DNA of 38,170 nt from a virus (lineage: Duplodnaviria; Caudoviricetes). The stretch's first letter is position 1; every line of letters begins with the position of its first letter. The notes below the pieces were generated by a model. It searched no databases. It saw only the letters and a list, made by a program, of their open reading frames with translations, and was not told where the DNA came from. The stretch covers positions 1 through 38,170 of IMG/VR virus record IMGVR_UViG_3300030392_000880, one strand, 5' to 3'. This document shows, in pieces, positions 1-9,136 of the stretch. The translations under genes were made by a program, and so were the position numbers.

Positions 1-755
1 ACATTGGCACAGTCACAACAGTTATATGCAAGACCAACATCTATACCGGCAGGGTATGTAAGACAGTTGTCTATCGAGCCACGTATGGATGCTAAATCTT
101 ATGGTAATAATATAGTAGGGTCATTAAATTGTGATTTTGAGAATAGTACGATAGGTACAGATTGGACAGCCACATATATTACATTAGCAGCAGAAGAAGA
201 AACTACAGGTCCAGATAATTTTATGGTCTATGCAGGAACTCAATCCGGTAAATGTACTGTTACAGCTAGTCAGACAGCTACTTTGCTTATGACTGTACCA
301 TCAGGTACAAATTATGTCGGGGAAGAAATAAATGTCGGCATATGGGTATATAGTAGAACTGCAAGTAGAGTAAGTGCTGCAATACAGCTTGATTCTGGTA
401 GCGTTAGTTTAGGTTCTACACATAGTGGTCTTGGTTGGGAAAGACTAACTCATACATTAGTAGCAGATGGAGTCAGTTCCAGTATCAAGGTAGGTGTCTC
501 CGCAACTAGTGGTACTGCATTTGTATTCTATGCTGACGAGATAGTAGCTACATCAGGCCAGTCAGAAATACCAAGAGTTCCTATAAATAAATTATTTGCA
601 TGGAGAGAAGAAGGTGATTCTATAAGATTATTAGAAGGGTTTGCAGGAGATAGAAATTTATTGATTACAGGTATGGGAATGATAGATTTTTCTCAGGTAG
701 ATACTACAGGTTCAAACACCATAGAACTAAACCAGTCTCAGAGACGTATGTTATA
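1..755. repeat. Terminal direct repeat, copy A
   Basis: Colinear without indels with 37416-38170; about 71 substitutions by manual count (about 90-91% identity), mostly at third codon positions. Confidence 0.97.
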
Positions 756-915
756 TAACTATGCTGCTATGCAACTGTATCAAGGGGAAATAGATACCCT
801 AGATACATCTGAACAGCAACAAGCATTGAATAGGTTTAATCATTACCGTAACCGAGTAAATGAAGGAGCGGGGATGATGCCACCTATGGCAATGGTAAGG
901 AATGTAGCAGTATAA
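1..915 (+). CDS. C-terminal part of putative head-to-tail adaptor protein with inserted jelly-roll/CBM-like domain (true start at 37008, about 440 aa across the junction)
   Basis: In frame with the ORF starting at 37008; lies just before the nozzle-like gene; NCDFEN..W..VWVY..GWERL..FYADEI pattern resembles CBM_4_9-type domains. Confidence 0.6.
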   Translation, partial: TLAQSQQLYARPTSIPAGYVRQLSIEPRMDAKSYGNNIVGSLNCDFENSTIGTDWTATYITLAAEEETTGPDNFMVYAGTQSGKCTVTASQTATLLMTVPSGTNYVGEEINVGIWVYSRTASRVSAAIQLDSGSVSLGSTHSGLGWERLTHTLVADGVSSSIKVGVSATSGTAFVFYADEIVATSGQSEIPRVPINKLFAWREEGDSIRLLEGFAGDRNLLITGMGMIDFSQVDTTGSNTIELNQSQRRMLYNYAAMQLYQGEIDTLDTSEQQQALNRFNHYRNRVNEGAGMMPPMAMVRNVAV

Positions 916-3447
916 ATGGCACAACATTCTGATATAGTAATACAACACACAGATGGTTCTTCTAATACTGTAGAACTTACTTTGTGGAAAGACTCCCCTA
1001 CCCTAACAGGTGGATATCAGACAGGTACATTACCCTTTCTACCACCTAGGCAACCAACAGATGATGCCAATTACCAACAGATAGACCCTCAGTTAGCTAT
1101 GGCATATGACGTATCATCGTTCCATAGAGGGTTTGGACAGGGTAATGACAAGGAATTTGGTAAGGAAGCGAGATACGGGTATTCTGATGGCGTTTTGGCA
1201 CAGTTTAAAGACGAACTAACTTTAGGGTATCAAGAGGATGAAGTAGATTTATTCTTAATAGACCCAAGATTTGAAGGTGACTTTACAGGTGCTTGGACTA
1301 CATCTAACATAACTCTAGCGGCAGAAACGTCTACAACAGCAGATATACATTCAGGTAGCCAATCTGCAAAACTTACAGCAGGTGCGACAAATGGAACTAT
1401 TTTACAGGCAGTAGGTACTACAACAAAGAACGCATTACAAGGAGTAAAGGTAACTGTAGTAGCATACGTAAAACGCAAATCAGGTTCTGGCAATATAAAA
1501 ATGACAGTAGATGATGGAGTTTCATCTGCTACTGATTCGTCATCAGTAACTTCTACAGATTGGACATTGGTGCAAGTAGATAAAACACTAAGTGGTTCAG
1601 CTAGTAAAGTAGAAGTAAAATTTACAGTTGGAACTAACGGTGATGTATTTCATATAGATGACTTATGTATTATTCCGTTGGGTGGAGTTGACTTCCCTGC
1701 ACAAGCGGTAGAATTTCAGGGTTCTTTATATATGCCTTGTGGATATCATATTCTAAAGTGGGATGAGGCTAATATGAAATGGGATAGTGTAGGTCCTAAA
1801 GCGAACACTACTGCATATACTGATATAGCGGTATATTCAGGGGATGGAACAAATAGACTTTTTGTAGCTAGAGGTGATACTACAGCTTATCAGACTGCAA
1901 CAGCACCAGACGGTACAACAGCAGCATTTACAGCAGCAGCTTCAGGTACGGCCAATCAGAATTATGCTAAATATTTTGCAAGAGCAAGAAATGCTAATGG
2001 TGATTTTGCATTAGCAAAGACAAGAAGTAATACAGTATCATTTTCAACCAACCCTGATGACGCTACAAGTTGGGGGTCGGAGATGACTGTTGGTGATAGT
2101 GATAAATCCGTAACAAATTTATTTGCTGCGAATGATGTTTTATTAGTAGGTAAAGAAGATGGACTATTTTCATATGACAGAAACTTCAACCAATTCGAGG
2201 ATATTTCACCTGAGGCAAACTTCTTTTCAGGAAGTAACAACTTTAAAAAGGTTATTTCCAGAGCAGGAAGAATTTATGCTACTTCAGGAGATAGAGCCTT
2301 TTGGTCTATTCCATTTCTCATCCCCGGCGACCAGTGGGAAGATGTCTCCTATTTGTTTAGAGCCACCAGTTTTATAGGATTTGGTGGTAGAGCATCTGCT
2401 ATAACACAGGATGTAAACAATATCTTTGTAACTGTACCTGATGATTTAAAAGATGACTTTACATCATTTCCTTATTCTTTTCCGTTTTCGTTTCCAACAG
2501 CAGCGAACAAAAAACAAAGAATATATTTGATTGCTATGACAAATCAAAGAGATAACCCACAAGCACCATCTGAATTAGTTTCTCATACGATTAGTAGTTT
2601 TTTGGTAGATGAAATACAAGAGTTAGCTAGATATAAAGATGATACGAATAGTAAATCTAGTCTTTTTGCATTTGGTAAATTTGATAATTCAGATATCAGT
2701 ACAAGCAGTTCTGATGGAGCGCAATCAAGAGTAGAACCTAGAATAATTAGACTAAGATTACCTATAGAAAACCAACACCCTGCCCTAAACTCTAGTCGGT
2801 TATTACGTAAGAGCGGTGTCTTTTATACATCATTTATGGATTTCAATTTTCCTGACCAGGATAAAGCAGCAGTTAAACTTACTCTTGAAGGGGAAAATTT
2901 AGATTCTAACAGAACAGTTACAGTTTCCTACAAAATAGAAACTTCAGGGTTAGATGATACTGATGATAGTACATGGACTACATTTGGTGATTCAGGAGTT
3001 ATTAATTCATCAGGTAGTCAAACATTAACTGCATCACTTACATCACCGGTTACATTCAAACGTATTAGATTTAGGTTTGAGTTCGATTCTAACTCGACAA
3101 CTGCTATGCCACCAAGAATAAAGAATATGGTGTTTCATGCAGTTTTCAATCCAGTGAACTTCTTAAATTGGAAAGTACAATCAAAATTATTAGATGCTAG
3201 AATGACAGCAAAAAGGTTAAGGGGTGCGAGTGACACACAAGTGTTATCTAATGTATTATCTAATATAAATACATTAAGGCAACAACCCTTTGTACTATTT
3301 ACAGATTTAGATGGTACACAGTATAGAACAAGAATAACCGACAGGACATTAGTACCTGTGGGTAGAAATATAAGAAGGACATCTTCGGCAACGATAGAAA
3401 GGTCGTACATATTATCACTAGATTTATCTGAGGTTAAAACAAGCTAA
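916..3447 (+). CDS. Putative tail nozzle/tubular protein (P22 gp10/T7 gp12-like) with CBM-like insertion
   Basis: 843 aa, beta-rich; C-terminal SFMDFNFPDQDK...FKRIRFRFEF pattern resembles podovirus nozzle proteins; lies between adaptor and fibre. Confidence 0.6.
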   Translation: MAQHSDIVIQHTDGSSNTVELTLWKDSPTLTGGYQTGTLPFLPPRQPTDDANYQQIDPQLAMAYDVSSFHRGFGQGNDKEFGKEARYGYSDGVLAQFKDELTLGYQEDEVDLFLIDPRFEGDFTGAWTTSNITLAAETSTTADIHSGSQSAKLTAGATNGTILQAVGTTTKNALQGVKVTVVAYVKRKSGSGNIKMTVDDGVSSATDSSSVTSTDWTLVQVDKTLSGSASKVEVKFTVGTNGDVFHIDDLCIIPLGGVDFPAQAVEFQGSLYMPCGYHILKWDEANMKWDSVGPKANTTAYTDIAVYSGDGTNRLFVARGDTTAYQTATAPDGTTAAFTAAASGTANQNYAKYFARARNANGDFALAKTRSNTVSFSTNPDDATSWGSEMTVGDSDKSVTNLFAANDVLLVGKEDGLFSYDRNFNQFEDISPEANFFSGSNNFKKVISRAGRIYATSGDRAFWSIPFLIPGDQWEDVSYLFRATSFIGFGGRASAITQDVNNIFVTVPDDLKDDFTSFPYSFPFSFPTAANKKQRIYLIAMTNQRDNPQAPSELVSHTISSFLVDEIQELARYKDDTNSKSSLFAFGKFDNSDISTSSSDGAQSRVEPRIIRLRLPIENQHPALNSSRLLRKSGVFYTSFMDFNFPDQDKAAVKLTLEGENLDSNRTVTVSYKIETSGLDDTDDSTWTTFGDSGVINSSGSQTLTASLTSPVTFKRIRFRFEFDSNSTTAMPPRIKNMVFHAVFNPVNFLNWKVQSKLLDARMTAKRLRGASDTQVLSNVLSNINTLRQQPFVLFTDLDGTQYRTRITDRTLVPVGRNIRRTSSATIERSYILSLDLSEVKTS

Positions 3448-5897
3448 TGGCAAATGAATTTAAACACGTTACGGTAGGAACGGAAATAACACAAGCTGAA
3501 TATGAAGGAACTGCGGGTCACGTATTCAACTCTCAAGCTACCGGGGATATCATGTACGCATCATCCTCAAGTCAACTGACCCGATTAGGAATAGGTTCTA
3601 CAGGAGCAGTTCTAACTGTAACTGGTGGAGTTCCTGCTTGGGATACCACATGGACACCAACAGGACATTTAATTCCTGCGACAGATGATTCTTACGACCT
3701 TGGTTCAGCAAGTGCTGCATGGCAGGATTTATTTTTAGAAGGTGATATTACATTAACTGATGCAGGAACTATAGCTACTTCCGCAGGTGCATTAACAATT
3801 ACATCAGCGGCGGCCTCGACATGGTCTACCAGTGCAGGAGCATTGACTATTGACGGAGATGATGGGATTACCTTACAAACTACAGGGTCAGGAAACGTAA
3901 CTGTAGCCGAAATTTTAGATATTACTGATTCTACAGATTCATCTGATGCGTCTGGGGATACTGGTGCTTTGAGGACAGAGGGTGGAGCTAGCATAGCAAA
4001 AAAATTATATGTAGGTACGGACCTAGACGTAGACGGAACCGCAAACCTAGATGCTGTTGATATAGATGGTGCAATACAAATTGACAATACAATAACTGTA
4101 GGTGCTGACGACCAAGGCTACGACATTATATTTTATGGAGATGCGGCATCTGCAAACATGACATGGGATACAAGTGTTGATGATTTAATTCTTAATGGTG
4201 CGGCTAGAATAGTAATACCAGATGGACAACTTGTTCTTGGGAGTACAGCAGTTGGTTCAACAGCAGCAGAGTTAAATCTTTTAGATGGTTCAGCTAAATC
4301 TACATCATCTATTACATTAGCTGACGCTGATGCGTTTATTGTTATTGATGGAACTACTACCAAACAGATTCCTGCTTCCGATTTGTCAGCATATGTAACA
4401 GCAGAAGGAGCAATGAGTTCCTTTCAATTAGAAGATGATGATGGTACTGAAGTAACCATAAACAATGCTAATGAGATTAAGTTTATTGGTTCAGGTATAA
4501 CAACCAACTGGACTGATACAGACAACGGTACTGATGGCGACCCTTATGATATGACATTTACTGTAGATGCGGCACAGACAGGCATAACTTCTATTTATGC
4601 TACAGACTTGATTATGGGTGAGGACTCTCAAACTGCTATTGATTTTGGTACAGCTAATGAGATTGACTTCAAGGCAGATAATGCAGCAAGATTGACGCTC
4701 ACTTCGGGAGCATTGTATCCAGTTACTAACAATGAAATAGACTTAGGTACGAGTTCATTAGAATTTAAAGATGCCTTCTTTGACGGTACAGTAACAGCCG
4801 ATGCGTTTGCAGGTCCATTAACAGGCAATGTAACAGGTAATGCTTCTGGTACTGCGGCAACTGTTACAGGAGCAACACAAAGTGCTATTACAGCGGTAGG
4901 AACTCTTGGGTCTATTGATATTGATGGTGGTGCTATTGACGGTGTAACACTAGGAACAAATTCAGCAGTAACCCAAGCAGTTATTGACAATATAAATATT
5001 AACGGAACAACCATAGGTCATACTTCAGATACTGATTTACTTACTCTTACAAGTGCAAACCTAGCGGTAGCAGGAGATATAGAGGTAAGTGGGAGTGTCG
5101 AGGTAGCAACTATTGACTACACAGATGGTGACAATGCTCTAACAATAGCAGATGGTGGTGGAGTTACGTTTGCTCAAGACACTACGTTTAGTGGAATCAT
5201 AGATATCACAGACGCTACGGATTCTTCCGATGCTTCTGGAGATACGGGAGCTTTACGAACAGAAGGAGGAGCAAGTATAGCCAAGAAACTATACGTGGGT
5301 ACAGACTTGGATGTAGATGGTACAGCCGAACTTGATAATATAACTATAGGTGGAGCGCAAGGCTCTGATGGGCAGGTATTAACTTCTACTGGTAGTGCAG
5401 TAGCATGGGAAGATGCAGCTAGTGGTGGTGGCATAACCCAAGCATCTACGTGGCTAATGACAAGTGACTTTGACCCTAGTAGTGATGGAGTGATAACAGC
5501 AAACCTTTCAGAAAAAAGTAGTGCCGCTGGAAGATGGGGAAAGATAGGTTCTTCTATGACAGAAAGTAGTGGAGTATTTACTTTTCCTGCAACCGGTATA
5601 TGGATGGTAACTTGGGGGATTTCTGTATATGGTTCAGGAAGCGACACAGCAATGCTTTTTACTATGCAAACTAGCAATGATGGTTTTAGTAGTGATTCTA
5701 ATGATACAGGCAGAATCCTACTGGCTAAATCTGCAAACGAAGAAACTTCAGGTTATGCTTCACTCATAATGGATGTTACGAATACCAGTAATGACAAAAT
5801 TAGGTTTCATCAGGGATATGTCGCGGCTAATATAACGATAGCAGGAGCAGTTAATAACAATACATGGTTTGAATTTGTAAGATTAGGAGATACATAG
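3447..5897 (+). CDS. Tail fibre protein
   Basis: 816 aa rich in G/T/D/A; TGALRTEGGASIAKKLYVG and GSDGQVLTSTG..W fibre motifs; C-terminal GVFTFPATGIW C1q-like tip. Confidence 0.85.
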   Translation: MANEFKHVTVGTEITQAEYEGTAGHVFNSQATGDIMYASSSSQLTRLGIGSTGAVLTVTGGVPAWDTTWTPTGHLIPATDDSYDLGSASAAWQDLFLEGDITLTDAGTIATSAGALTITSAAASTWSTSAGALTIDGDDGITLQTTGSGNVTVAEILDITDSTDSSDASGDTGALRTEGGASIAKKLYVGTDLDVDGTANLDAVDIDGAIQIDNTITVGADDQGYDIIFYGDAASANMTWDTSVDDLILNGAARIVIPDGQLVLGSTAVGSTAAELNLLDGSAKSTSSITLADADAFIVIDGTTTKQIPASDLSAYVTAEGAMSSFQLEDDDGTEVTINNANEIKFIGSGITTNWTDTDNGTDGDPYDMTFTVDAAQTGITSIYATDLIMGEDSQTAIDFGTANEIDFKADNAARLTLTSGALYPVTNNEIDLGTSSLEFKDAFFDGTVTADAFAGPLTGNVTGNASGTAATVTGATQSAITAVGTLGSIDIDGGAIDGVTLGTNSAVTQAVIDNININGTTIGHTSDTDLLTLTSANLAVAGDIEVSGSVEVATIDYTDGDNALTIADGGGVTFAQDTTFSGIIDITDATDSSDASGDTGALRTEGGASIAKKLYVGTDLDVDGTAELDNITIGGAQGSDGQVLTSTGSAVAWEDAASGGGITQASTWLMTSDFDPSSDGVITANLSEKSSAAGRWGKIGSSMTESSGVFTFPATGIWMVTWGISVYGSGSDTAMLFTMQTSNDGFSSDSNDTGRILLAKSANEETSGYASLIMDVTNTSNDKIRFHQGYVAANITIAGAVNNNTWFEFVRLGDT
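3933..4043 (+). repeat. Fibre internal repeat 1 (37 aa)
   Basis: TDSSDASGDTGALRTEGGASIAKKLYVGTDLDVDGTA, identical in protein to 5217-5327. Confidence 0.95.
5217..5327 (+). repeat. Fibre internal repeat 2 (37 aa)
   Basis: Same peptide as 3933-4043 with 25 of 37 codons synonymously different. Confidence 0.95.
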
Positions 5898-5898
5898 A

Positions 5899-6234
5899 AT
5901 GGACAGTACAACAGGTAGACCAAATCATATTCAAGATGTCTTGGTCAAAATGCACAAAGGGCAATGGTTTGGATTTCACCCATACGATAATAAGGTTTAT
6001 GCAAATCTGGTTATACATGATGGTTCAAAAAGTAAACCGACAGAATCTGAATTGAATACAGAACTTGCGAGTATGCAATCATTGTTTGATGCGGCTGAGT
6101 ACAAGCGAAAGCGTGAGGCAGAGTATCCATCTGTCCAGGAGCAACTCGATATGCTTTACCATGACCAAGCAGATTCTACTACGACATTTCAAACAGCAAT
6201 AAAAACGGTTAAAGATAAATATCCGAAACCATAG
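5899..6234 (+). CDS. Tail fibre-associated protein (assembly chaperone-like)
   Basis: YKRKREAEYPSVQEQLDMLYHD...VKDKYPKP motif commonly follows fibre genes in marine phages. Confidence 0.7.
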   Translation: MDSTTGRPNHIQDVLVKMHKGQWFGFHPYDNKVYANLVIHDGSKSKPTESELNTELASMQSLFDAAEYKRKREAEYPSVQEQLDMLYHDQADSTTTFQTAIKTVKDKYPKP

Positions 6235-6243
6235 GAGAGGTTA

Positions 6244-6465
6244 ATGACACAAGAAAACGCAAAAAACGTAAATATAAAAGTTGAGGACATATTAGTAGTT
6301 GCTCATATGTATTTAGCTGAAGATGAGAATTTTAGAAAAGGCGTTATGGTAGCCGCTAAATCAAGAGAAAATGCTACCAAGAACTCATGTACCTGTGGTG
6401 CAGGAGAAAAAAAAGGAGAGCAAGATGTCTCTACTAAAAATGGTCAGACCGTTTCTGCCAAGTGA
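6244..6465 (+). CDS. Hypothetical protein
   Basis: AGGAGAGG Shine-Dalgarno upstream; 73 aa. Confidence 0.6.
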   Translation: MTQENAKNVNIKVEDILVVAHMYLAEDENFRKGVMVAAKSRENATKNSCTCGAGEKKGEQDVSTKNGQTVSAK

Positions 6466-6697
6466 CCTTAAGAGTCTAGTGGATTTGATGATACGAATAT
6501 ACGAGTCTTTGGATACACCAGCAGAAAGAAAGGCTGCCTTCGATTACGGAGCTACAATGCTAAAAGATGGCAAGGTAACTGTACCTGAATGGGCTACATT
6601 TGGGGGAAAACTTGGGATATTAACGGGAAATGGTAGACCAAAGAAATCTAGTCGAGAAATTTACGTAAAGGAAAAAGAACATGCCAAAAGTAGGTAA
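6425..6697 (+). CDS. Hypothetical protein (MSLLKMVRPF...)
   Basis: AAGGAG Shine-Dalgarno before ATG 6425; the ORF-track start at 6371 is probably too early. Confidence 0.6.
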   Translation: MSLLKMVRPFLPSDLKSLVDLMIRIYESLDTPAERKAAFDYGATMLKDGKVTVPEWATFGGKLGILTGNGRPKKSSREIYVKEKEHAKSR

Positions 6698-6794
6698 AAA
6701 GCATTATAGTTATACTGCTAAAGGTCGTGCTGCTGCAAGGAAACAAGCTAGAAAAACCGGGCAGAAAGTAACCAATAAACGAAAGAAATACTGA
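6681..6794 (+). CDS. Small basic protein MPKVGKKHYSYTAKGRAAARKQARKTGQKVTNKRKKY (not in ORF track)
   Basis: AAGGA Shine-Dalgarno; stop overlaps next ATG (TGATG); resembles a common small K/R-rich phage peptide. Confidence 0.7.
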   Translation: MPKVGKKHYSYTAKGRAAARKQARKTGQKVTNKRKKY

Positions 6795-7042
6795 TGGTAA
6801 TAGAAGTAGATACTTATCCAGAAGAAGGCACACTTACAGCCGATGGATTTGAAGATGCTCTTATAGGATATGGCCAACAGTTTAGTTATCCTGTTGCAGT
6901 ATATGATGTAGAAAAGTGTATAAGTATTCTTCAGCTACGTGATGGTATGACCGAGGAGGATGCGGTAGAATATTTTCAGTTCAACGTACAGGGAGCGTAT
7001 GTAGGAGAATCAACTCCTATTTTTATATATAGCTATGTCTAA
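6794..7042 (+). CDS. Conserved phage hypothetical protein (ADGFEDALIG...EYFQFNVQGAYVGESTPIF)
   Basis: Recognisable widespread phage family of unknown function; translationally coupled. Confidence 0.75.
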   Translation: MVIEVDTYPEEGTLTADGFEDALIGYGQQFSYPVAVYDVEKCISILQLRDGMTEEDAVEYFQFNVQGAYVGESTPIFIYSYV

Positions 7043-7190
7043 GTTAAGACCTCAAATATTTGTAGCATTACTAATACTAGGTGTAATCGCTGTAATAGGA
7101 ATGTTCAAAGGACTGAATGAGGTAACTGTTGGTTGTGTGGCAGGAATAATTGCTCTTGCTAAGGATGTTCTTCAGTCGGATAGTAACTAA
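7035..7190 (+). CDS. Small two-TM membrane protein, holin-like (not in ORF track)
   Basis: MSKLRPQIFVALLILGVIAVIGMFKGLNEVTVGCVAGIIALAKDVLQSDSN; two hydrophobic segments. Confidence 0.7.
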   Translation: MSKLRPQIFVALLILGVIAVIGMFKGLNEVTVGCVAGIIALAKDVLQSDSN

Positions 7191-7191
7191 A

Positions 7192-7314
7192 ATGTCTACC
7201 CTAAATGAAAATGAAGGATTTTTACGATTGATGAAATCTTATGTATCTACTGCAAAAGATAAAAAGAAAGCAATAGAAACATTGAAAAATATTTTGGATA
7301 AATGGGATGCGTGA
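7192..7314 (+). CDS. Hypothetical 40-aa protein (not in ORF track)
   Basis: Fills the gap exactly between neighbours and overlaps the next start. Confidence 0.45.
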   Translation: MSTLNENEGFLRLMKSYVSTAKDKKKAIETLKNILDKWDA

Positions 7315-7585
7315 TTATTGGAGATGGACTGCCCTGATAACTTATTTGGTAATATGCGTCTATGACTTCGTTCTAGTTCCGATTTATTATGGCGTTGCTA
7401 GGATGGGGTTAGACGTAGATTCTTATATGTTAAACCTACAACTAATTGATGACCCTTTAGTACAAATGGAATACCTAAAGAAACTGGTAAGTCAGCACGA
7501 ACCATTCACGCTTAAGGGTGGAGGATTATTTCATTTATCTTTTGGTGCGTTGCTGACAGGTTCAACACTAGGTAATAGGAAATAA
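7307..7585 (+). CDS. Holin, GTA 3TM-holin-like family
   Basis: WRW..YLVICVYDFVLVP...PFTLKGGGLFHLSFGALL matches the family signature as I recall it. Confidence 0.75.
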   Translation: MRDYWRWTALITYLVICVYDFVLVPIYYGVARMGLDVDSYMLNLQLIDDPLVQMEYLKKLVSQHEPFTLKGGGLFHLSFGALLTGSTLGNRK

Positions 7586-7902
7586 TGACCACTGATACTA
7601 AGATACAGGAGCAGCTAATAGAGGCGAGAGCTAAAATTGCTGAACTTGAACAAAAGACTAAGACTACCTTATCGGGTAGTCAGTTTTTAGTAATCGTATT
7701 AATTGGTCCACTTTTCCTTGCTTTTGTTTCCCTTGGGGTTTTGATAGTATGGAAAACTACAAGTAACCCTACAACAGTTGCACCACATTTGGATATAATT
7801 TTAGTAGCATTTAGTATATTTGCTAATCCAGTGAGCGCAGCGGCAGGAGTTATAACGGGCTTATTAGTAGATTCTGAAAAAGGAAAGAAAAATGAAACGT
7901 AA
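7585..7902 (+). CDS. Membrane protein (coiled-coil N-terminus plus 2 TM)
   Basis: Hydrophobic segments FLVIVLIGPLFLAFVSLGVLIVW and IILVAFSIFANPVSAAAGVITGLLV. Confidence 0.75.
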   Translation: MTTDTKIQEQLIEARAKIAELEQKTKTTLSGSQFLVIVLIGPLFLAFVSLGVLIVWKTTSNPTTVAPHLDIILVAFSIFANPVSAAAGVITGLLVDSEKGKKNET

Positions 7903-8767
7903 GTTTAAAATATCTATGCCTAGTATGAAAATACCCGGCTTTGCATGGCTAAATTCAGTGAGGTTACCACTTCCAGGAGGGTTATATCTTGGTGGAGGTA
8001 AGCTACTCTTTGGTGCTTTTGGTACTGTGGGTCTTGGATTCCTGGCTAGTTTGGTTTTATTGGTTCAAACAGGAGATGAAGATATAACATGGCCACAAGC
8101 TGGTGCAGTATACACTGTACCTTCCAGAACAGGTGACCCAGTGATTGGTTATAGAGACATGGAGGATATTTCTGCTGACAGGAATCAAACCTTACAAGTC
8201 AACATCCCCGGTGGTGCAAGGATATCAGACATGGTGTTCTCTAATGTATCTCTTGGTAAAGCAGGACTTACAAATGCCATCGAAGTATCAGGTACATCGG
8301 TACAGAAAATAGTCGTAGACGATTTGAAGATAATAAATAGTAGCTTCCCTACCATGACTATTTCAGGATTGACTAGGATGCACACGATAACGATATCAAG
8401 TGGGGTAGAGGTTGCAGGTCACACGTTTCTAGCTACATTATCAACAACTGATACAGTCGATATTTCTGTCGGTAGTACGAGAGGAGCTGGAGATTATAAC
8501 GCTGAAAACATGATTGTTGACCGCATATTATTGAAAGTCGTTGGAGGAACGGGAGATGTGGTAATTGATAACCTTACATTTGATAACGTCAATGCGAATA
8601 TAGGAATGGCAGTTTTTGAGAATATAGATGTTGGAGAGTTCTTCATGCAGAATGTTCAGATAGGTGATGATGCTGACATAAATTCAGCAGACTTCATCAT
8701 TGAGAATACTGTCAAGTACAGGTCAATGTCAGATGGAACTGTGGAGAAACCCATCAAGGTTCAGTAG
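7892..8767 (+). CDS. Membrane-anchored protein with beta-solenoid-like extracellular region
   Basis: N-terminal hydrophobic segment followed by alternating I/V-D/N beta repeats. Confidence 0.7.
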   Translation: MKRKFKISMPSMKIPGFAWLNSVRLPLPGGLYLGGGKLLFGAFGTVGLGFLASLVLLVQTGDEDITWPQAGAVYTVPSRTGDPVIGYRDMEDISADRNQTLQVNIPGGARISDMVFSNVSLGKAGLTNAIEVSGTSVQKIVVDDLKIINSSFPTMTISGLTRMHTITISSGVEVAGHTFLATLSTTDTVDISVGSTRGAGDYNAENMIVDRILLKVVGGTGDVVIDNLTFDNVNANIGMAVFENIDVGEFFMQNVQIGDDADINSADFIIENTVKYRSMSDGTVEKPIKVQ

Positions 8768-8769
8768 TC

Positions 8770-8994
8770 ATGCAAGACTATATACTTATTCTAGTTGGCT
8801 TTGTGTCGGCAACAATCTTCATACTCAATCTAGTACACCGAGCATGGTTACAGAAGGCTGTGATACGTGAGATTGAGGAGCTTTCAATGGATGTCCATAG
8901 ATATACAAGTTTGGCTAGTACGATATATCAGAGAGTACCTTGCGTACATTGTGGAAGATATCCACCTCCGCCTCTAAGAGATGTAAACAAATAA
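8770..8994 (+). CDS. Small N-terminal-TM protein with CxxC
   Basis: YILILVGFVSATIFILNLV; PCVHCG. Confidence 0.6.
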   Translation: MQDYILILVGFVSATIFILNLVHRAWLQKAVIREIEELSMDVHRYTSLASTIYQRVPCVHCGRYPPPPLRDVNK

Positions 8995-9064
8995 TAACAA
9001 ATCCCTGCTAGGTGGAAATGCTTCATAAAAACACCTAACAGGGAATAAAAGGAATAAAACTATA
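8995..9064 (-). ncRNA. Candidate anti-RBS small RNA ending in a terminator-like hairpin
   Basis: 12-bp stem CCCUGUUAGGUG/CACCUAGCAGGG (U-G wobble only on - strand), U-rich tail, 5' single-stranded UUUUAUUCCUU; own extended -10 promoter. Confidence 0.5.
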
Positions 9065-9070
9065 GAATTT

Positions 9071-9079
9071 ATTATAGCA
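9071..9079 (-). promoter_or_regulatory. Extended -10 promoter TGCTATAAT
   Basis: Perfect TGnTATAAT with no downstream ORF before the hairpin. Confidence 0.55.
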
Positions 9080-9136
9080 CCTATATTCTAAACTTATAGA
9101 TTATTCGGAACGTATTCCAAATTATTAAAGACAGTT

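Noticed and set aside
1-755. Divergent repeat pair as a diversity-generating retroelement TR/VR
   Set aside because: Changes are not adenine-specific, are mostly synonymous, and no reverse transcriptase is encoded
1230-5677. - strand ORFs within the nozzle and fibre genes, and similar shadow ORFs elsewhere
   Set aside because: Antisense shadows of long genes with biased codon usage
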